64,000 nt of DNA, from positions 102,736,001 to 102,800,000 of the forward strand of contig NW_024704742.1 in NCBI RefSeq assembly GCF_018977255.1, in the 5' to 3' direction. The position numbers and the translations under genes were made by a program. Below, in pieces: positions 12,401 through 24,400 of this stretch. Position 1 is the first letter of the stretch. Each line of letters opens with the position of its first letter. The DNA is from Callorhinchus milii. Lineage: Eukaryota. The notes beneath the pieces are model-generated. The model searched no databases and was not told the origin of the DNA. It saw only the letters and a list, made by a program, of their open reading frames with translations.

Positions 12401-15400
12401 TGCCCCCAACCTCTGGAATTCCATCCCCCAATCACTCCACCTCGCCCCCTCCTTAGCCTCCTTCAAGTCCCGCCTCAAAATCCTCTTCTTCGACTATGCC
12501 ATCGGTCACCCTCCTTCCCCTCTCCTCCCTTCTCTCCCCCAACCCCAGCTCGGGTCTGAATGCTGTACACTGTTCAGCACCTTGGGACATCCTCCCGACG
12601 TGAAAGGCGCTATTCAAATGTAATTTTGTTTTTGTTGTTGTTGTTGAGAGGAGGGCAGTGAAATCTGAGGATGTGGTGCAAGGGGAGTTTAGGTGGAGGT
12701 TGAAGTCGCCCATTATGAGCAGGCGTTCTGAGCAGAGGGACAGGGAGGAGAGGAGAATGGAGATATCGGATAGGAAGGAGCCAGGGGTTTTGGGGGCGGT
12801 AAACCAGGAGAATTTTGAGTGAGAGAGAGGAGGGATGGTAAAAGGTGAGGTGCTCAAATGCATATTGTATGTATGAAGCTTTCACTTGCTTTCAGTTCTT
12901 ATAAAACAGGGTTGTTGCTCTGTAGCCAATACCTTTTAAGAATCCATGGTTCTCTACTACAAGTCATGGCATAAAGTAACCTATAAGTGTCATCCACAAA
13001 AGATGTATTGTCATACATGGCCCAGGCAAAATTCCAATGTTTTTCAGTGCCGACTTTAATTGCTGTACAGTAAACTGTTTCCCTGATGTATTCTGGAATA
13101 CTGAAAGACAAGAATATTGCAATGAATTAAGTTTTCATTAAGTTATTGTCCTGAACCACACAGGCTAGGGAAATGGAGAGCTTTAAATAAAATGTAAATG
13201 ACCATTATGAAAAATATTTAGATGTGTATTGTGCTATTTTAAAATGAACTATACTGGATTGGCTTATCTGAATCAGGGAGGTGTAAAGCAGAGACCAATA
13301 ATCCTTGTATTTAATATAGCGCCTTATCAGGTCTTCGAGACATCTCAAAGCGCTTCACAGAATATACTGCAAAGTGAATTGACTGCATATTTTGTGGGCA
13401 AAATGCAATGCCACTGGGGTTGAAAATGCAACACTTGCAAACCAGGGGATTTGCTACATTAATTGTAATTTTTGGATTGAGACTGAGGCTAGCATTTTGT
13501 AAAAGGTCAAAAAGTAAAACTCCGACTGTAAAGTGACCTTTACTGACCTTTGGCATCGCAGTTTTTTTAAAAAGCGAATCTGGTAGCAGATCGCATGCCT
13601 TCAATCGATTAATTTATTTTCGCAAAACAGAAGTCACACTGATTTCATTTCCAGTTTGTGAATACCACAATGTCAACCCCATTTTTAAAGAATCCCATTG
13701 CGCTGCGTGTTGGTCTATCAATTCATGCTGCGATGGAGTGGTAGAATGAAGGCTGGGGTCCAAAGCAAGGCATTCAATAACCAGAGGTCACTGCTTTAGT
13801 TTCAACTCCCATTTTGTGTCTGAAATTGCAGAGATACACAAACAAAATCTGTAGACTGGTAAAGGCATCTCACAGGGTCCATTCTGCTTTCTAACCTTTG
13901 GTCAACATTTTCTCAACAGAAAAAACGTCTCAAAACCAATACATTCCTCTCCTAGGAGCACTGACATAATCTGGCTATAGTTCCAAAGAGACCAGTAGGC
14001 CTTCAGTAAATGATACTTCATGTGTAAGGCAGGTTTCGGCAGCTATTTAACTGAAGTGGGGGTGGGGGCGGAGGTTGAATTTTGAAAACCAGGGCTGATC
14101 TTATTTTCATCTGATGTCTGTAAGGGAGGGAGAATGGTGATAGGTAGTTGGATAAGGAGTTCTGGTTAACTTTCCCCTTTCTGGCCCGGGGCTATGAGGC
14201 CTATTGTAGTGTCCCTCCCCACTGTTCTGGGTAAGATTAATTAGCCCAGTATAGAGCAGCGATTAAACCTGAGGCTTTGCTGTCCTCTATGACTGAGTGC
14301 TACACCACAAGGTACCCACTGAGCTAGCAGACGTCCCTGGTGACAATTTTTTAACAGTTTTTTTTCACTCAATGACAACAAATTCCTTGACCACTGTACT
14401 AAAAGCGACTAAATCATCCTACACACCGTTGTGAAAAATAACCGAGTGAGTCTTATGTTAAAATCCCCAAACCAGGATAAAAACGTATGGAATTTTACAG
14501 CTATACATTAATATTGAGCGAATAGGTCCATGAGGACAAAAAGATCTTGAAGAGTGAACACACAATTCAATCCTTTTCTTAGAAGCTGCAAACACTTACG
14601 AATTATTCTCTGGATTACTCATCCACTGTGTGTAAATGATTGTTGCTAGAGATATACAGTCCTTCACACCAAGTTGACACATTGTTTGAAATGTTTTAGC
14701 AAACATCACCCTGCACACAAGTTAAGAACAAGTAGGTAATCCAAACAAATACGGTTAAATTTCAATAAAAAAAACAAATGTTAACATTAAATTACTGGTG
14801 GAGAGGAAATGCAGTATGTCAAATGATATTTATCATTGGTGCTAATTATTGCAGAAACAGAAAAATGTGGTTAAAATGTGTGCTTAATATCTTTGCTTAA
14901 TTTCAAATTTAATTTAATGACTGTTTGTGGGACATTGCTGTGCGCAATTGGCTGCTGTATTTCGCCCACAAAATAGTCAATCCACTTTCTGGTATATCCT
15001 GTGAAGCACCTTGACATGTCTTCATGATGTGTTAAGGCACTATATCAAATGCAAGGATTATTATTATCATTACGTTTAGGACTAACTCCCCAAACTCACT
15101 ACGAAGGGGAATGCTTTTGACTAGTTCTGTTGAAAATTCAAGATAGCAATTATAATCCTTTCATTTGATACACATCAAAACATCTCAAAGCTTTTTTGTT
15201 TTTCTGTGGTGACTGTATATTTGTAGGCAAATACAGCAACCAATATGTGCACACTGTCCCACAAACAGCCAGGAGCTGAAGGACCAATTTAACTAGATCG
15301 CTGACATGCTATTTTAATAATGCTTTTATTTGGTATAGTGCCTTATAACATGTCATTGAGATGTCTCAAAGTAGTCCACAGGAATTACTGTACAGTGTAG

Positions 15401-18400
15401 TAACTGTATATTTTGTAGCCGAGTGAGCAGCCGAGTCTGTCATTACTTCCAGCTGTGGGATCAGAAATTCAACTTTACCAGATACCATCCTAACCTACTC
15501 ACTGACCATCTGTGCTGCTCATGGTAGCAGGAAACTCATAGGGAGTTCTGAATACCTGCTATCCAACTAGCGAGGGCTCAAACCGACTAATTGGGGACAA
15601 CTCTCTGTTGGGGAAGAGGTAAAGAGAGTGCTCTTGGAGCAGAGCTGGCTCTAATCCAAGGTGACATGCTTGGCAATGGAATGTCAGATATCGGCAGTGA
15701 TGACCTGGAAATTGGCCATTTTTGCAAAAGAGCAAGCCCGCTGTGCTTATGTGCAGTGAATGGGGTCCACACTGTAACCCCTTATTTGGGCTATAAAGAT
15801 GTGCTTTACGATAGGGCTCCATGGTAGATCGTGTGATGGTTAAGCAGGAAGGATGATCTTACTTTATTGTTTTAATCATGTAGTGTGTTTTGCAATCGTT
15901 CAAAGACAAATGAGGACCATTATATAAAATGTCCTAAATTAAGTTGAATCATAGAACTTACCGGGCAATGTAATCTTCCTTAATGAAATAATCTTCAAAT
16001 GACGGCAGCAAGTAATTATAAAATGGAAATATTGTGTCGATAAGAAATTTCTGAAAGTAAGAAAATGGTTAAAAATAGTAAGTTTTGAAGCAGGGATGTT
16101 AGTACATGTTAGAGTTAGTACATGGAAAGTATTTATAATTTACACAGTGCAACATGACCCAGCTCAACAACAACAACTTGCAATTATATAGCGCTCTTCA
16201 AGTAGGATAATCTCTTGGAGCGCTTCACAGTGGCAAGATTGGATGCCATGCTAGGAGGAAGGGAGGTGACCACAAGCAGGTCAAAGAGATAGGTTTTATT
16301 AGTAATAATAATAATCCTTAGAGTTGCTGTAGCGCCTTTCACGAAGGAGGACATCTCAAAGCACTTCACAAGATATATTGTAAGGTGACTGTTTATTTTG
16401 TGGATGAACAGAACGCATAGCAATGTCCCACAAACAGTCGTGAAATGAATGACCAATCTTGTTTTGAGGAATTGTTGGCCAGGAACAGAGAGAATCTCCC
16501 TTCTCTTTTCAAATAGTGCCATGGGATCTTTAACTCCAACTAAATAGGAAGATGGGGCTTTGGTTTAATGTCTTATCTGACGGCACCTCCAACAATGCAG
16601 CACACCCCCAGCACCGCACTCGAGTGTCAACTTAGATAATATGAGTTTTATGTCCAGATGTGGGGCTTGAACCCACAATAATCTGACTCAAATGCAAGAG
16701 TGCTACCAACTGAGCCAGGCTGATATACAGTGTGTTTAAGGTGGAATTTAAAGATGGATAAAGAAGGGTCAAAGCTGAGTGATAGAAGCAGGGATCCCTG
16801 TTCCAGAGAGTCCAAACATGCATAATGGCTGAAAATTTGAAACAGATGGGGTGGAAGGCATGCAGTAAGCCTGTGTTAGCTGAGCGAAAGGGTGGCAGAG
16901 GGGTGGGATATAAATAGATCAGAGTGGATTTGTTATGAGGGTGTGGACCTTGACATCCGTTTGGAGACAGGGAGCCAGTGGAACCTGGCGAGTTTTGGAT
17001 TGATGGGTGTGCTGAGTTTAGAGCAAGTCAGGATACGGGCAGGGGAATTTGTGTTAGCTGCACCTTGTGGTCTTACAGCGTGGCAGTGTCCCATCTGCTT
17101 GCTCAGGAGTACATTAAGGATCCCACAACACTATTTGAGCAGCCTAGTTCATGAGTAGTATTTGGAGGGACAGACACTGGGAGAAACTCCATTCTCTTTT
17201 CAAATAGTGCCATGAGGTCCTTAACATCCACCTTGTACAGGTAGACAGGGAAATCGGTCTAACTTCTCATCCAAAGGACTAGATTATATGATTAAATTAA
17301 ACCATTTGATCGTTTCTTGAGTCCTACATATTACCTCCTTATTACACTATTACACTCTTAAATACATAAACAAACAAATAAATAAATCCTCTCATTTGAT
17401 ACAGTGCCTTTCACATTGGGAAGACACTTTTCACAAGAAGCTTCTTGTATGTACCAGGATATAGCTGTGTATTCCTACCTTTAAATGCCCATACAAATTG
17501 GTGTTGACCAAGTTTGTTTCAAGGATGTACAAGTGATCAATGGCTATAATCCATACCATGGTTTTCCGTTCCTTAGCCAGATATAGAGCTGTGCTCAGAG
17601 CAACTCCAATGCCAATGTGTTTAGATCTGTATATAAAACACACACAAAACAAAATCAATTGAAATCACATAATCTGTTAGAAAGATTAAAGAATTACCTT
17701 TTTCTCAAATTAGGCTTGTAAATGACTTGTGAAGTCTCAAAGCTCTTTGATACAATGTAGATGTACAATCACTTTACATTTGTATGCAAATGCAGCAGCC
17801 AATATGCACAGAATCAGCAGGTAAGTAAATGACCATTTTATTTATCTAATAATAATAATCCTTGCATTTGATATAATGCTTTTCACAACTTCTAGACGTC
17901 TCAAAGTGCTTCACAGAATATACTGTAAAGTGAATTGACTGTATATTTGTGGACGAAATGCAGCAGCCAATTGTGCAAGGCAGTGTCCCACAAACAGTCA
18001 TGGCTTGAGTGACCAAATTATTATTGTGTTATCTGGAGGATTGTTCGACTAGACACCGAAAACTCTTTTTCAATCGTGGCATGAGATCTTCAACATGCAT
18101 TTGAACAGGCAGAGTTTAATATCTTATCCAAAGGATGACACCTTTGGAAACACTGTACTCCCCCAGTACTGCATTGCAGTATCAGCCTAGATCATGAGCC
18201 CAACGTCCCAACATGGGGCTTTTGCCCACAACATTTTGACAAGGAGGCAAAATTACTAAAAACTGAGCCAGCCTGACACTTTACATAAAAGGGAACTTAA
18301 ATTTGGCAACCGAGCAACCATGCTTAATGTAAAATATAAAGATCACAATTCTCAGAGTCTTAGGACCAATTCATTAAAGTGTGGAAATTTGAAAAAATTT

Positions 18401-21400
18401 AATTGCAATACAGCACAATTTGTATTTATTTAGCGCCTTTCAAGTCAGGAAAACGTCTCAAATTAACGTAATCCAGAAGTTAATTTTCTAGTTTTTTTTA
18501 AGACTTCCTACATTCTGCACAGTTTTAAATTTGAAGGCAATGATCTCAAGGCTAAGACCTAAGAAATGTCAAGCCTTAGTGATATCTTTAGTATATGATC
18601 GAACAGGGTGTGAACACTTCTATAGCAAGAAGGTCCAGATTTATCATAATTTGAATTCTGATTCAGGTTGTTGGGTCATGGTAATTCAATATATGAACTT
18701 TTTTAATTTTTTCAATAGAGCACCTCAGTAACATTTCTTCCCAACTATCCGTAAACAACCACAGCAAATTGCATTTATATAGCACCCTTCACATGAGGAG
18801 CTGATAATTAAAATAAAATTATTGAATTTCTGTTCTGATATCATACTCACTCCACCAGCATAAAAACATCATTTATAAGTTGTGCTCTGTTACTCGTAGG
18901 AATAACCTGTGGAACACAATTTCTCAGAATTAAAGGAAAGTAGACAACATTAAGGAATAAATGCATAACAATTTGAAAGCATCCAGGCAATAAGATCTAA
19001 CATAAGATGATCGCCAGAAATAGAGAAAGCTAAGTCTGTATAATGGGAAAGTTAATAAAAATCTCATTTTGTATAATAGTCTGACTGAAAGCAGACGATT
19101 AAAGCCAGTAATTAATTCCTAGGGTTTATTAAACAACTTGAGATTGGACATTGCTTATGAAGCTAACTGCTGTGAATTGAACAATGTCTTCTAGAGTTGG
19201 AGAATGAATATAATCCCCTCTGGCTAGAGCGGTTCCCCAAACATCTGGACCCAGGCAGATTGCCTGCTGTTACAAACTTGGAATGTATAGTTGTACAGAT
19301 TAATATGGTCTAAATGCCCTGAGTGACACACACGAGGGATAAAAAAGCGATCCTAAAGAAAGGGTATTGCTATTGATGCCTCAGTGTCAAAAAAAGTGCC
19401 TTGAGGCATAAAAAGGATCTCCAGCAGAGAGTCCCATATACATAACTCTGACTTGCCTTCCTTTCCTTTTCATCCTGTATCAGTGTAGCAAAATTTAGTG
19501 ACATGAGGAATTTCACATCATTTACCTTTGTTCTCTTACTCTATACCATTATCTGAATCCCGCAGTTCAATTTCATCTATAGAGTTGCTGTGAGTTATTG
19601 ACATGTAGTTTAATAATGATCGTAATAACAATCCTTGTATGATCACATTGTTGATATGTCTTGAAGGATTTACTGTACAGTCAACTTGCACCACATGCAA
19701 TTTGCACTCGGTAATGTCATGAAGTGATTGGCCAATTTTATCTGGAGAATTGTTGGCCATGATACTGGGAGAAACACTTTATTCTTTTGGAATAATGCCA
19801 TGGGATCTTCAATGTCCACCTGAACATGCAGATTGGATCTCGGTTTAACATCCCATCCAAAGGCTGGCACCTCTGGCAATGCAGAGCTCTTCCAGCTCTG
19901 GACTGGAATGTCATCTTAATCTATTTGAAATCAAGTTCTGACATTGGGCTGAACTCACAACCGCCTGATTCAGGGGCGAGAGTGAGCCAGGCTGAAGATT
20001 CTATGGTTCTGTCCCTGAAACAGAAATATTGATATAAAAAGGCATCAATTTTACCTGCAAGAGAAAACATATTTTTCTTAGCCTAGTATATTAGTGTGAA
20101 TTGAAATTGCAGTCAGCGAGATAAGAGAAACATTTTTTCCCTCTTTTTTCCCTCTTTTTTCATTAATAAAGCAGGGGTTCTGACGGACCCACATCAGATA
20201 TTTAATTACAAAAATGGCAACCTGCTTCGTTTTTGAAAGTTGTGTTAGTAAATAGTTTGGCAACCAATGATAACTCAACTGTAATTTAAAATGGAACATG
20301 AAGTAAGTTCAATTTGTACTTGGTTATTGAAATTTAAAAAAACGTGAGTATTAGCATATTCTGCTGTCTGTTGCATGGTTTACTGGCTGTTGAGTACTTA
20401 CAAATGAATGGTTATTTTGGCATTAACTTTACTTTTGCAATAATTCAATCAAGATGCCAAGATGCAATTGCCCAAGGAATATATAAGAATTACTGTATTA
20501 AACGATAGACTGGATTAAAACCCAACTTTGCAATTCTTTAAAGCGCACTCACATTACCAGTCAATTTTTAAATAGTATTTTACGACTTGTACTCTTGTTG
20601 AAAAAACCGAGTCAACATTTTCGTTATGAACATTAGTAAATCTAAAAGAATGCATAACTGAGAGGGAGCACAGATGATTCCATTTCACTGTATGCATTAC
20701 ATGAGTATTAGATAGGCTGTACACACAGGATTAAAATTTACAATGTTCTTTAACCCATTTCTTCTGTTAATTAGCACTCGGAACTTCCTGCAGTTGAATA
20801 TGGACAAGACGGAAGCCATACTCCTTGGATCCTAACAACGTCTTCACTCCTGCAGATCTAAACTCCTCAACCTCCCTGGGCTCTACCTCAGACTCACCAA
20901 ACCAATGCGCAATCTAGGCATCTGGTTCAATCCCCAGCTGTCCTTCCTCCCCCACATCCGGTCCCTGACCAGGAGCGCCTTCTTCCACCTCTATCACATT
21001 GCCCGCCTCCAACCGTACCTTACCCCAAATGCAGTTGAAACCCTCATGCTTGCGTTTGTCAACTCCCGTTTGGATTACTCCAACGCACTCCTCGCTGGTC
21101 TCCCCAGCTCCACCATTCACCAGCTCATTCAAAACTCACCCCCTGCATACTGACTTGGACCAAACTCTGTACCTACATTTCACCAGTTCTGGCCAGGCTC
21201 CACTGGCTTCCCATCACCGAACGGATCGACTTCACGATTCTCACATTTGTGTTCAAATCCAATCACTCCCTGGCACCTCCCTACCTCTCCGACCTCCTCA
21301 CTCCCCAATCCACCAGCTGACGCCTCCGCTCAACTGGCTCCGGCCTCTTGTTCGTCCCTCACACCCTCCACCCCACCATTGGAAGACACGCTTTGAGCCA

Positions 21401-24400
21401 CGATGCCCCAAAACTCTGGAACACTCGCCCTCAATCTGATTTGCCCCCTTTCTCCCTTCGTTCGAGTTCTGCTAAAAACTTTCCTCTTCGACCATGCTTA
21501 CGGCCACCTCCCCCCTCCTCGGAGTCAGGCTGCACCACTGTTAAGCACTCTGAGGCACTACCCTGCGTGGAAGTCACGATACAAGTGCAAATTGTTGTTG
21601 TTGTGCTAAAGAACAGAACAAATTCGGACCATAATTAACACTGTTATAAACAGTCATTACACTCCCCTTCGGTAACTCAGCCCACTGTTCCAGCCTCCTC
21701 TCCCACCCAGCTCCATCTTCCCCATCATTTTCCAGCAATACAGTTATGATAAATACAGGAAATCGATTTTATACAGTCGGTTTAAATGTTGGTTTTAACT
21801 CTAAATAAGGAGTATGGGTACATAGGATTCCCTTGGACTCCCTTGTCAAGGCTGTGAAGGGAGACGGTTTGCCATACTTACAGTTAGGTAAAAGATTCTC
21901 CATCTGTGACTTAGAGTATTATTAAAGTCCCACTACAAATCATTACGTTTTAGATCCCATTAAACACATGACAATGCCTTTGAGTGAACTATTAGGTCGA
22001 AAAAATATATTCTACTAAAGATGAAATGTCTATCTGCATGTCTGTCCGCCAATAACGCAACAACTGATTGACGTAGAGACATGACTTTTACCTCATCAGA
22101 AAGGTCTTGCATGGGGGAGTGTCATGGGCATATTTTTTTGTGGGGGTTCTCCTATTGTTGTTGATCTATGACCTAAAAAAGATCATCACACATGTATGGC
22201 AGTTTTGCTTAAAGTGTGCACACAGAGTTTCTGGCATACAAAATGGGAGTTTGTGAGTGGTATCACTGAAAACGCCAGCTCCAAAAACAAGCATACAAAA
22301 ATTATGCAGTCAGTATCTACAATTATTGATGGGATAATACCAAAATATGTGTTACTGTAACATATGAGAAATATGTGACATCAGATATAACACTGTCTGT
22401 ATGAGTTAAATAGCACATTTTCTTAAGATGGCTAAAAAGCGAAGATCAAGCCTTTCAAGGACGAATAAAAATGCCAGGCAAAAGAGAGAAGGCCGATTAA
22501 ATGAAACTGAAGAACAAAGAACAGCATGATTGGACTTGGACACAGAAAGATATGCAAGAATAAGGCAAAATGCCCACTCAAAGAACAGCATGGCTGGACT
22601 TCAATGCTAAAAGGACTGCAAGAGCGCAGCAAAATTAGTTTCCCGCTCAAAGAATAGCCTGACAGGACTTGGACACAGAAAGTACTGCAAAAACACGGCA
22701 AAATTAGTTGCCCACCCAAAGAACAGTTCGGCTGGTCTTGGACACAGGAAGGGATGCAAGAAAATGGCAAAATGACACCCAGCAACAGAGGTCACTCCAT
22801 TTAATTGTACTCAACTATGATCCGGGCAGAGACTACAAATCAGATGGCACCTATCATATTGGGAATATGTCGAATGTGTGTGCCCACTGTGGAGCCATGA
22901 AATGGGCAAAAGAAGTTCAAAAGAAGTTCCTTCCATGTGTTGCTCGCTTGGCAAGGTGAAACCAGAGCGATTCACAGAACCACCTGAACACCTTAAAAGT
23001 CTGCTGGATGGCACATCAGGTGATTCTAAGCATTTTCTAGCAAACCTTAGGAAATACAATTTGTGCTTCCAGGTGATCTCTTCTGGTGTAACTACAGAAA
23101 TTAAAGAACCTGGCTATATGCGAACATTTAAAGGGCAAAGCCAAGTGTATCACTTGTCGAGATCTCTAAACGCTTTGCCTAATGAGTCGCCAAAATTCTT
23201 ACAGATCTACTTCATGACGAACCGAGAAGACCAAGCCATGTAGCGTGGAAACAATGTTCTGGAGTTGAAGGAAGCCATCATACTAGACCTGCAAGACATG
23301 CTTCACAACAGTAACATGTACTTCAGGAGCTTCAGTCCACAATGGAAAGAATGATTGCAGAAGATATAGAATATTCATCCATGCAGACAAGATACCTGCT
23401 GGCCAGCATGAGCCACGGTACAATGCACCAACTTCTGACGAAGTAGCCATCCTGATTGTGGGTGAAGAACATGATAAGTGGGACATGGTGTTCCAGCAAC
23501 GTGACAACCACTCAAATGAGTGTGTGAGACTAACAGGGCATTCGGTGCTCTCCAGTACACAATCTTATTCCCACATGGTGAAGATGGCTATCATTTTCAG
23601 AAATCCCATTTCACTGGGGGCGGGGGGGGCGACAGTTTATGCACAAAAGAACCCAGCATGCATTGTGCTATGTGCTAGTGCATGGCTGACCTGACCTGTT
23701 CATCACATTCACTTGCAACCCTAATTGGGAAGAGATCAAGCAGGAACTGTTGCCTGGACAGACGCCACAGGACTGCCACAATCTCATAGCCAGGGTTTTC
23801 CGGGTCTGGCCTACTCCTTGTCCCCCGAGTCCTCCGCTCCACCCTCAGCGGCCGTGCCTTCAGCCACTATGCCCCGAGGCTCTGGAACTGCCTTCCCCAC
23901 TCCCTTCGTCTCGCTCCCTCGCTTCCCATTTTTAGGTCTCTGCTGAAGACCTTTTTTTTGACCACGCCTTTGATCACCTCCCCCCCCCCCCCCCGGCTGG
24001 GTCCCGGGATCCGAAACTGTAAAGCGCTCTGAGACGCCGTCTGACATGGAGGGCGCTATATAAATCCAAGTTGTTGTTGTTTTTGTTGTTTTCTGCCCCA
24101 AAGTTGTGAAACTGATGAAGCTTATCACCAAAAATCATGACTTTAGCAAAGTCTGTTGCTACCTCTACACCATTGGGTGGCAAACGCGTGGTCCTTCCCA
24201 TGCACACATTCTTCTGTGGCTCATCGAAAAAATACAGCCTTATCAAATCGACAATGTCATCTATGCAGAACTGCCAAACCCAGACTGAGACCCTGTGCTC
24301 TTTGAAATCATAAAGAAGCACATGATTCATGGCTATGTGGACAACTCAACAGAAAATCTCCCTGCATGAAAGATGGGTCCTGCTCAAGGAGCTTGGTACA

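Noticed and set aside
22500..22780. Repeat-spacer-like periodicity resembling a CRISPR array
   Set aside because: Eukaryotic context; the units are degenerate tandem coding repeats of the Helitron; no cas genes.
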